This document shows, piece after piece, positions 27,527 through 34,766 of a stretch of 64,000 nucleotides of DNA; the stretch's first letter is position 1, and each line of letters opens with the position of its first letter. The position numbers were made by a program, and so were the translations under genes. The notes under the pieces are model-generated. The model worked only from the letters and a program-made list of their open reading frames with translations, was not told the origin of the DNA and searched no databases. Origin of the DNA: Clostridia bacterium. Lineage in GTDB: Bacteria > Bacillota > Clostridia > Oscillospirales > CAG-382. Location: the NCBI GenBank assembly GCA_017563195.1, contig JAFXDO010000048.1:1876-65875 (forward strand). The letters run 5' to 3'.

Positions 27527-28270
27527 TTATGCCCAGGGGTTGGTAGGAAGACCCGAAGCGGTGAAAGCTTCATCTGCGGTATCAAAGCCGGAAGCCTGAA
27601 CTGCCTGAGCGTATACGGGGATCTTAATACCGTTCGAGAAGTCGTAATTGATAACGGTGTCGCCGAGAGTGTAGTTGGTGCCGTCGAAGTCAACCTTGGA
27701 GTCAAGGTAGAAGCCAACGAATGCTGCGGTGGTGGTGTCGCCTGCAGCGAGGATGCCGCCGTAGGTGAATACGTAAAGGTTGTAATCAACGCCGTCGATT
27801 TCAACAGTCTCAACGCCCTTCCAGGAGTACTGGGTAGCGGGGATTGCATTTTCGCCTTCGGGGATGTACTTGTTGCCAAGGTTCCAGTGAAGTGCGTTGG
27901 TAGCAGCGGACGTGATGGATTCCTCGAGTGCAGCGGGAACTGCAACGATAACGCGAACGTATGCATCGTTTGCGCCGGTGTTTTCAACACTTACGATCTT
28001 GTCAACGTAGTTCTTGGCAACGGGCATACCAAAGGAGTCCTTTTCGCCCTGTGCAGAGCCGACTATGGGCATAAGGAGCTTGTTCTGCTCAAAATCCTCG
28101 AGTGCGGTGCCGTCTTCGTTACGCTGCTGCTCGATAAGATCGATCTGAACGTTACCGATGGTCATAACGTTGATTTCTTCGTCGGTGTCGGTGAGATAAG
28201 CAACGGTGCCTGCGATTGCGAGAGCCGCAACGAGAACGATGCTTACCGTCATAAGCAAATACTTTTTCAT
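27527..28270 (-). CDS. TasA/camelysin-like secreted protein with SipW-cognate signal peptide (247 aa)
   Basis: N-terminus MKKYLLMTVSIVLVAALAIAGTVAYLTDTDEE, then NVMTIGNVQIDLIE. VENTGANDAYVRV motif. C-terminal AQAVQASGFDTADEAF. Confidence 0.75.
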   Translation of the reverse strand: MKKYLLMTVSIVLVAALAIAGTVAYLTDTDEEINVMTIGNVQIDLIEQQRNEDGTALEDFEQNKLLMPIVGSAQGEKDSFGMPVAKNYVDKIVSVENTGANDAYVRVIVAVPAALEESITSAATNALHWNLGNKYIPEGENAIPATQYSWKGVETVEIDGVDYNLYVFTYGGILAAGDTTTAAFVGFYLDSKVDFDGTNYTLGDTVINYDFSNGIKIPVYAQAVQASGFDTADEAFTASGLPTNPWA

Positions 28271-28324
28271 GGTGTTTGCTTCCTTTCTTTATTTTTTTAT
28301 TTTTTCGTACTTTATGCCGTTTTC

Positions 28325-28389
28325 GCGGCAATCAAGAAGCGCAATACGGCTTACGTCCCTTGATTGCCGCCCATCCCCGAGGGGGATGG
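28325..28389 (-). promoter_or_regulatory. Two-hairpin intercistronic element, copy C
   Basis: Minus-strand RNA: ccatcccc-ctc-ggggatgg, then gcggcaatcaag...cttgattgccgc. Confidence 0.6.
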
Positions 28390-28426
28390 TACGGACTTGG
28401 TTGCCTTTTTACACGGATCAACTCGA

Positions 28427-29932
28427 TTAACCGATCAAGTTACCGTCGAGATCATAGTAAACGGAGTCGTTGAAGCCGAAACGAATGGGCTTTGCGCTAT
28501 CGGAAGTATTGTTGTTGTCATAGATGTCCAAATTCAAAGTGGAATCATCCTTGCCTTCCGAAGTATAGTTATGTACCCAGAACACTCTACCGTTATGGAA
28601 ATCGGTATTTTCAATGGTGACGTTGTTCATATCGTAGCCGGAGTTGAAGACACGAACTGCACAGTAGGTGGTTGTGAAATCACAGTTGTTCACATTCAAA
28701 GTAGCTTCGCCCCAGTTGTTCAGGTGAGCAACGAAGTTCATGTCGGTTCCGCTGACATTTGCAGTCACGCCTTCAATATTGAGAACGCCGCCTGCAGTCA
28801 CATCAAAGATAGTAGCCATAGCGTTCCATCCCTGATTGTTTTCAGCAGTTAATTCCAAAGAACCGTTCTTAACAGTCATTTCGCCCTTAACGTTGAAGAG
28901 CTCCTGATTACCGGTAGTATTAGCGGTAGCGGAAATCGTGTAGCCGTTCAGATCAAGAACGACACTCTTGCCCTTGGGAAGAGAGAAGGTAACGTTATCT
29001 ACAGCAATATCATCAGCCAAAACAATGTTGCCACCTGCAGCGAAAGCGGTCTTGAATTCTTCAGCAGTGTATACTACTGCAGGAAAATCAACGCCGCTGA
29101 CCCAAGGATGGTTGTTAGCGGTGATTTCGCCGAATGCTGCGTCGAGAGCGGTAGCAGCATCGTCAAAGCCCTTAGCCTGAACCGCCTGAGAAATAACGAG
29201 GATATCGTAGGTGCCGTTGCCGTTGCCGTCGAGAGCTTCAACGTCTTCGTTGGTTGCTTCGGGCGCCAGATAAACCTGGAGAAGGCTGGGGTACGAAACC
29301 TTGCCTGCAGCGAGGATACCGTTAGGGTTAGAGGTAGCGCCAACATAAGTAGCGGAGACGAGAACGTATTCGCAACCGTCGATTACAACGTCGGTTGCAA
29401 CGGTTTCCCATGCCCAGCGAGTGCTGTCACCGTTGGTTCCGATGATTTCGTCGAATCTTTCAGCGGTAACGCCGCCCTGTTCGAATGCAAAGACAGAACG
29501 AACGTAAGCGTCGGTCTTGCCGGTGTTTTCTACGAAAACAAACTTGTCGATAACGTTCTTTACGCTGTCATCAAAAAGCTGAACCGCGCCGGGAGCACCG
29601 ACCTGTGCCCAAGACTGCTGATAAGTGCCGTTATTGCGGTCGTCCCACTTGATCTGACCGTCAGCGAAAACCGCGGGATAAAGGGGCTTTGCCTGAGTGT
29701 ATTCCTGAAGCTCGTCGGGAGTGTAACCGTACTTATCCACGTCGCCCGTAGATACCCAGTTACCGTTTTCGTCGACAACACGTTCGTATTCGTGCTGTGC
29801 GATCTTAACGTTACCAACAGTCATTACGTTGACGTCGGTAGGAGTTTCGAACTGGAGGTATGCAAGAGTTCCGACAACCGCGAGAGCAGCAACGAGAACA
29901 AAGCTTACCGCCATAAGCAAATACTTTTTCAT
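28427..29932 (-). CDS. TasA/camelysin-like N-domain fused to a C-terminal parallel beta-helix domain (501 aa)
   Basis: SipW-type signal MKKYLLMAVSFVLVAALAVVGTLAYLQFETPTD, then NVMTVGNVKIAQHE. VENTGKTDAYVR. After HPWVSG come repetitive beta-helix rungs of about 22 aa each (LNVNNCDFTTTYCAVRVFN, VTIENTDFHNGRVFWV). Confidence 0.7.
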   Translation of the reverse strand: MKKYLLMAVSFVLVAALAVVGTLAYLQFETPTDVNVMTVGNVKIAQHEYERVVDENGNWVSTGDVDKYGYTPDELQEYTQAKPLYPAVFADGQIKWDDRNNGTYQQSWAQVGAPGAVQLFDDSVKNVIDKFVFVENTGKTDAYVRSVFAFEQGGVTAERFDEIIGTNGDSTRWAWETVATDVVIDGCEYVLVSATYVGATSNPNGILAAGKVSYPSLLQVYLAPEATNEDVEALDGNGNGTYDILVISQAVQAKGFDDAATALDAAFGEITANNHPWVSGVDFPAVVYTAEEFKTAFAAGGNIVLADDIAVDNVTFSLPKGKSVVLDLNGYTISATANTTGNQELFNVKGEMTVKNGSLELTAENNQGWNAMATIFDVTAGGVLNIEGVTANVSGTDMNFVAHLNNWGEATLNVNNCDFTTTYCAVRVFNSGYDMNNVTIENTDFHNGRVFWVHNYTSEGKDDSTLNLDIYDNNNTSDSAKPIRFGFNDSVYYDLDGNLIG

Positions 29933-29974
29933 TGTCTTTGCTTCCTTTCTCTATTTTTTTATTTTTCCGATTTT

Positions 29975-30039
29975 GTGCCGTTTTGCGGCAATCAAGAAGC
30001 GTAATAGTGCTTACGTCCCTTGATTGCCGCCCATCCCCG
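29975..30039 (-). promoter_or_regulatory. Two-hairpin intercistronic element, copy B
   Basis: Minus-strand RNA: cccatcccc-tc-ggggatggg, then gcggcaatcaag-gga-cgtaa-gcacta-ttacg-ctt-cttgattgccgc. Confidence 0.6.
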
Positions 30040-30099
30040 AGGGGATGGGACGGACGTTCTGACTTTTTCCGTTCAGCACGGAATAAGTATAATTTGCAA

Positions 30100-31716
30100 T
30101 TACTGCTCGTGAACGGGAGTTACTTCAACGTTCCATTCGATGGTTTCGTGAACAACCTTACCGCATTCGCAGTAGTACATAGCGGAGTCAGCGCCACCGT
30201 TTTCGATAACGTTGCCTTCACCGTTGATCACGCAGTCGTTGCAGCCGTAGTCAGCGCCTTCGAGCTGGATACCGTAAACGAATGCCTTACCGTTTTCGCC
30301 GGTAACGATGGTGTTGTTGTTGAAGTTGATGATAGCCTTATCGAGCTTGGTTGCGGTGTCAGCCTTTGCGGTGAGCTGAACTGCATAGCGATAGGGATCA
30401 TTGAAGGTGCAGCCTTCAACGGTAACGTTGCCGGTAGCACGGATAGGTCTCTGACCGTTGCAGTTGAACACGCAGTTCTTAACAACGATAGAGGTGCCTT
30501 CGTTGGTGTCCCACCAAGAGGTGATAGCGGTGGAGTTGTTGAGGCTCATATCGAAGGTAACGCCGTTGCAGACAACAGTCTGGTTACCCCAGATTGCGAT
30601 AGCGGACTTGCCGGTCTGCGAGATACCGGTGGAGTCAGCGATGGAATCGTCAACCTTAACGGTAACGCCGTTGAGAGTAAGAGTGCCTGCGGTGCTGGAG
30701 GTAGTAGCGATCTGGCCGGAGAGAACAGCGTTCTTGGAGCCGTTGATGGTTACGTCCTTGCCGCCGTCGAGCTTAAGATTGGTGGTGTATGCGCCATCCT
30801 TAAGATTGACGATAACGTTCTGATTTTCTGCGATTGCAGCTGCGAGCTCGGCAGAGTCAGCTACTTCAACAACTACAGGGAAATATTCCTCTGCGCCGCT
30901 GACCCAAGGATGGTTATTAACGGTGATGTCGCCGAATGCTGCGTCGAGAGCGGTAGCAGCGTCGTCAAAGCCCTTAGCCTGAACTGCCTGAGAAATTACG
31001 AGGATGTCGAAGGTGCCGTTGCCGTTGCCGTCGAGAGCTTCCATATCCTCGTTGGTTGCCTCAGAGCTGAGGTAAACCTGAGAAAGGTTGGGATAGGTGG
31101 TCTCGCCTGCGGGAAGGATGCCGTTGTCATGTCTTACGCCGTCAGCGCCTTTGTAAATATACTCGAGGAGTTCGTAGTTATTGTTGTCGATGGTAACAAC
31201 GCCGATGATGTTACGAGTCCAGTTCATATGGTAGGACGTACCGATGAGAGAGCTGTCGGCAGAACCGATCTCAAGTGCAACGATAGTACGAACGTAAGCA
31301 TCGGTCTTACCGGTGTTTTCAACGGTAACGAACTTATCCTGCGCGTTTTCGGAAACGAAAACCTGCATTCCGCCGTAGGAATCAACCTGAGTCATTCTTA
31401 CGGTAGTAGCATCCCAGGTACCTGCACCGTGGTTAACGGGGTTGCCGTTAGCGTCGATCTCGGTTACGGGCAAAATGGGCTTCGCCTGAGTGAAGTCCTG
31501 AAGCACGTAGCTGGTTACGTTGTCGATCGTTTCGGTCTTGTACGAGCCGTCAGCGTTAACTGCGCGTTCGTATTCGTGCTGTGCGATCTTTACGTTGCCA
31601 ACGGTCATTACGTTGACGTCGGTAGGGGTTTCGAACTGGAGGTATGCAAGAGTTCCGACAACTGCGAGAGCAGCAACGAGAACAAAGCTTACCGCCATAA
31701 GCAAATACTTTTTCAT
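30100..31716 (-). CDS. TasA/camelysin-like N-domain fused to a C-terminal parallel beta-helix domain (538 aa)
   Basis: The first ~50 aa are identical to those of 28427..29932. After HPWVSG the C-terminal half is divergent and carries beta-helix rungs (VVKNCVFNCNGQRPIRATGNVTVEGCTFND, INFNNNTIVTGENG). Confidence 0.7.
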   Translation of the reverse strand: MKKYLLMAVSFVLVAALAVVGTLAYLQFETPTDVNVMTVGNVKIAQHEYERAVNADGSYKTETIDNVTSYVLQDFTQAKPILPVTEIDANGNPVNHGAGTWDATTVRMTQVDSYGGMQVFVSENAQDKFVTVENTGKTDAYVRTIVALEIGSADSSLIGTSYHMNWTRNIIGVVTIDNNNYELLEYIYKGADGVRHDNGILPAGETTYPNLSQVYLSSEATNEDMEALDGNGNGTFDILVISQAVQAKGFDDAATALDAAFGDITVNNHPWVSGAEEYFPVVVEVADSAELAAAIAENQNVIVNLKDGAYTTNLKLDGGKDVTINGSKNAVLSGQIATTSSTAGTLTLNGVTVKVDDSIADSTGISQTGKSAIAIWGNQTVVCNGVTFDMSLNNSTAITSWWDTNEGTSIVVKNCVFNCNGQRPIRATGNVTVEGCTFNDPYRYAVQLTAKADTATKLDKAIINFNNNTIVTGENGKAFVYGIQLEGADYGCNDCVINGEGNVIENGGADSAMYYCECGKVVHETIEWNVEVTPVHEQ

Positions 31717-31768
31717 TGTCTTTGCTTCCTTTCTTTATTTTTTTATTTTTTTGATTTTTTGCCGTTTT

Positions 31769-31831
31769 GCGGCAATCAAGAAGCGTAATAGTGCTTACGA
31801 TCCTTGATTACCGCCTCTCTGTTACAGAGAG
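31769..31831 (-). promoter_or_regulatory. Two-hairpin intercistronic element, copy A
   Basis: Minus-strand RNA: ctctctg-taa-cagagag (different sequence, same hairpin position), then gcggtaatcaag...cttgattgccgc with one G-U pair. Confidence 0.6.
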
Positions 31832-31837
31832 CGGTCA

Positions 31838-32599
31838 TTAATTGTTGAATACCTTTTCGGGGTCGATGCTCGGGAATGCCGCCTCAAGCGCCTCTTCGGC
31901 GGTGAGGTTGCCCATATTATCGGACTGAACAGCCTGCGCCTTGACGTAAATATCGAACGAATCGCCGAAGGACTCGCACATTTCGTTGGTCACAGCCTTG
32001 TCGAGGTAGACCTGCTTGAGCGAGGGTACCGTGGTTTCGCCGGGCTGAACGGGGTTAAGATAGGTTACGACCGCAACTGCGCAGGTGCTGCCGTTTACGT
32101 TATAAAATCCGTCGAGCCATTTCCACTCGCCGATTTCCGACGTGCTGTTCTTATCGTTTACGACAACGTGAATATAGGGATCCGCCACGGCATTTTCGCC
32201 GACCTCTACTGCAATAAGGGTGCGGACGTAGGCGGCGTTGGTGCCGGTATTGGTGACGGTCACGAATTTATCGATAACGCCGGAGTTATCGGCAACGACC
32301 TTCCAAGCAGAGTCGTTGGGAACCACCCATTCATCGGCGGGAGCCCATTCGATGCTGCTTCCGCTGTAATAGGTAGGATAAATGGGGCTGTTTTCATACT
32401 GAACGAGAGTGTGCTCGTTTTCTGTACAATCGACGCGAGCCTGCTCGTTTATGCGGACCTCTACCCTGCCGACGGTGACCACCGAGCCCGAGTTTTCCGC
32501 CTCAGACGAAAGATAAGCCACGGTACCCGCAACCGACAAAGCGGAAACGAGTATAACAGCGAGGAATATTAAAATTAAGCCTTTAACGCCGATTTTCAT
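31838..32599 (-). CDS. TasA/camelysin-like secreted protein with SipW-cognate signal peptide (253 aa)
   Basis: N-terminus LSVAGTVAYLSSEAEN, then SVVTVGRVEVRINE. VTNTGTNAAYVRT. C-terminal AQAVQSDNMG...AEEALEAAF. Confidence 0.7.
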   Translation of the reverse strand: MKIGVKGLILIFLAVILVSALSVAGTVAYLSSEAENSGSVVTVGRVEVRINEQARVDCTENEHTLVQYENSPIYPTYYSGSSIEWAPADEWVVPNDSAWKVVADNSGVIDKFVTVTNTGTNAAYVRTLIAVEVGENAVADPYIHVVVNDKNSTSEIGEWKWLDGFYNVNGSTCAVAVVTYLNPVQPGETTVPSLKQVYLDKAVTNEMCESFGDSFDIYVKAQAVQSDNMGNLTAEEALEAAFPSIDPEKVFNN

Positions 32600-32644
32600 A
32601 GCCTTTCTCCTTTCGTCCGAATATTAATCAAAATAATTTACCGA

Positions 32645-33223
32645 TCAGCCGTTTGCCTGATTTGCCTCTGCAAGCGCCCAAGCCTCTGCGGGGGTATCGA
32701 TAGCGTCGATATCGCTATCGCGCTGAACCGCGTATGCAGTGAAGGTGAGCGTGGGCTTTTCGGTCAATGCATTGAGCATTTCCTTGGTGACCTCGTCCTT
32801 GACCTTGACCTTATTATCCTCGAGCACGTAGTATTCGACGTCGCTGTCACTCTTTGTGCTTTCAAGGTAATAAACTCCGACGTAGCCGTCGAGCGGGGTC
32901 CATTCGGAGGACACGGTGTATTCCATAAAGGTCGAAAAATCAGCGGATTCCTCGATCTTGACGAAAACGTAAGCGTTTTCACTTTCCGCGAGGACGGTAA
33001 CGACAGGGTCCTTATCGATAGTCTTGCCGGGTACCATATCGTATTCGTTTATCGAGGGATCGCCGTCGCCGTCGTCGGTTTCCTCAAGCGTTATGTCAAT
33101 GTCACCGTAGGTGAAGGTATTCACAACGGGCTCGGTGGTGTCGCTGAGCCAAGCAACGGTGCCTCCGACAATTCCGCAAAGTATCAAAGCGATAGCGGCG
33201 AACATCAAGGCTGTTCTTTTCAT
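32645..33223 (-). CDS. TasA/camelysin-like secreted protein with SipW-cognate signal peptide (192 aa)
   Basis: N-terminus GIVGGTVAWLSDTTEP, then VNTFTYGDIDITLEE. C-terminal AYAVQRDS...PAEAW. AAGGAGG RBS. Confidence 0.7.
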   Translation of the reverse strand: MKRTALMFAAIALILCGIVGGTVAWLSDTTEPVVNTFTYGDIDITLEETDDGDGDPSINEYDMVPGKTIDKDPVVTVLAESENAYVFVKIEESADFSTFMEYTVSSEWTPLDGYVGVYYLESTKSDSDVEYYVLEDNKVKVKDEVTKEMLNALTEKPTLTFTAYAVQRDSDIDAIDTPAEAWALAEANQANG

Positions 33224-33238
33224 ATCAACGGTACCTCC

Positions 33239-33892
33239 TTACTTAATTTCTTCTTCGAACGCAGACCATGCCTCATCGGCGTTTCCTTCAAAGCCCGACG
33301 CCTGTATCGCGTGTGCCTCGAAGATGATCCTCAATCCCGAGAGAGTCTTGATCTGTTCGTTGTTTATATCACCCGAAAGCGTGATCGAGGTGATGAAGGG
33401 CTCGAGCGGAATTTCGTCCTGAGTCGAATTTCCTGCGATTTTATAATAGCGATATTCGTAATACGCGCTTCCGTCTTCGTTAAGCGTTTCCGAAACGTAC
33501 TGCCAAACGTTCGCATCATAGCCTGTTGCGAAATCGGTCGGCTTAAAATCGTCACCGTAGATCGTCTTAAGATCGCGTGCCTTATTCACGGTCACGATGA
33601 GTCTGATATAGGATTCCTCGCTGTTTGTAAGCAGCGTAACGGTAGGATCCATCGCATAGGTTCTGCCGGGGAGAAGATGGTAGTCGTTCGCCTTCACTCG
33701 CTCCGCACCGGGAACAAGCGTGCCGTCGCTGTTGGCTTTGGCCTCGTCAAGCTTGATATCGACCTTGCCGACGGTAAATATGTTCGTGGCAGAATCGTCA
33801 TCGATCATCACCATAAGCGTTGCAGATACCGCACAAATAAGCAGCAATATCGCACAAACCGATGCAACGATTATCTTTGTCGAGCTTTTCAT
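33239..33892 (-). CDS. TasA/camelysin-like secreted protein with variant SipW-type signal (217 aa)
   Basis: N-terminus ICAVSATLMVMIDDDSAT, then NIFTVGKVDIKLDE. C-terminal AHAIQASGFEGNADEAWSAF. AGGAAAGGAG RBS. Confidence 0.65.
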   Translation of the reverse strand: MKSSTKIIVASVCAILLLICAVSATLMVMIDDDSATNIFTVGKVDIKLDEAKANSDGTLVPGAERVKANDYHLLPGRTYAMDPTVTLLTNSEESYIRLIVTVNKARDLKTIYGDDFKPTDFATGYDANVWQYVSETLNEDGSAYYEYRYYKIAGNSTQDEIPLEPFITSITLSGDINNEQIKTLSGLRIIFEAHAIQASGFEGNADEAWSAFEEEIK

Positions 33893-33949
33893 ATCCTCTC
33901 TCCTTTCCTATTTATATAGATATATTAAACACCGAGCATTAAACCAACA

Positions 33950-34531
33950 TTAAATTTGTTGGTTCTCTTCGGATTTTTCTTCGGTTTTTTCGGCTTCCCG
34001 GCCGCCGTTTTCCTCGCCGTCGTGCTTTTTGATGTAGTCCGAGACAACGTCCACGAGCATTACGAACAGCACCAGCGCAATTCCGACCGCAATAGCCAGA
34101 TATACGCCGGGGGGCGACTGAATATAGGTTGCGAGATAGCCCAAAAGCGGCAAGCCGAAGACAGCCTTGCCCACTATCTTGCTTTCGTGGACCGGTGCCG
34201 AATCGGGCACGTCGTTGGCTACGCCCTGCGTGCGGAACCACAGCTCGGTCGGGTTACTTTCGTCGGGGTAGATTTCGATGATACGGTGGGTCGCCGTCTG
34301 CGTCGCGGTAATATTGAAGGTGATATCGTCGCCGACCTCGAGCGACTGCGGCTCGACCTGCTTTACGTAGATCAACCCGCCCGTGTGATATTCGGGCTCC
34401 ATCGAGCCTGAAAGCACGGTGTATACCTCGAAGCCGAGCAGCTTCATTCCGACAAGCAGAAACGCCAGCAAAACGACCACCGCAACCAAAACGTATGCAA
34501 TTACCTTAAGCGTGGTGCCCAAATACTTCAT
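33950..34531 (-). CDS. sipW: Signal peptidase I, SipW (archaeal/ER-type S26B) subclass
   Basis: The YTVLSGSMEPEYHTGGLIYV catalytic Ser box and the THRIIE His box are typical of SipW-type enzymes. It has N- and C-terminal TM helices and a charged tail. The start is ambiguous: I prefer ATG 34531 (MKYLGTT). In-frame ATGs at 34573 and 34648 lack a convincing RBS or lie upstream of the predicted promoter. Confidence 0.8.
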   Translation of the reverse strand: MKYLGTTLKVIAYVLVAVVVLLAFLLVGMKLLGFEVYTVLSGSMEPEYHTGGLIYVKQVEPQSLEVGDDITFNITATQTATHRIIEIYPDESNPTELWFRTQGVANDVPDSAPVHESKIVGKAVFGLPLLGYLATYIQSPPGVYLAIAVGIALVLFVMLVDVVSDYIKKHDGEENGGREAEKTEEKSEENQQI

Positions 34532-34585
34532 AATAAATATATGCTTTCTCCGCAAAAGGGGAAAATCCCCCATATTCCAAAGTGT

Positions 34586-34614
34586 ATGATAACACTTTCC
34601 CAACACTTTTTCAA
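34586..34614 (-). promoter_or_regulatory. Sigma-A-type promoter of the sipW/TasA-like operon
   Basis: On the minus strand: TTGAAA, 17 nt, then TGtTATCAT (extended -10). Confidence 0.6.
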
Positions 34615-34720
34615 GAGGAAAAGGAAAAAAAGAAAGGGTTTTGTTCATCTTTTTTTAACATTTTTTGACTTTTCGGCGAATTTAACCGTTTCTTATCCGA
34701 GGAACGGTCGAAAAGACCTG

Positions 34721-34749
34721 TTGCGAAACGCAAAAAAATGTGATAGAAT
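34721..34749 (+). promoter_or_regulatory. Sigma-A-type promoter of the HD-domain gene
   Basis: TTGCGA, 17 nt, then TGaTAGAAT. The -35 sits inside the small palindrome ttgcgaaacgcaa. Confidence 0.5.
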
Positions 34750-34766
34750 GAGGCGAGGTGAGAGAG

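Noticed and set aside
27409-31837. The four repeated hairpin elements read as internal promoters, rho-independent terminators or a CRISPR-like array.
   Set aside because: No -35/-10 pair with proper spacing can be read from them: TTGATT in the 3' arm is followed 17 nt later by AATCGG, AAGTAC or AATCAA. The hairpins are followed by A-rich rather than U-rich sequence on the coding strand. The copies are 1.5-1.8 kb apart and separated by genes, not by spacers.
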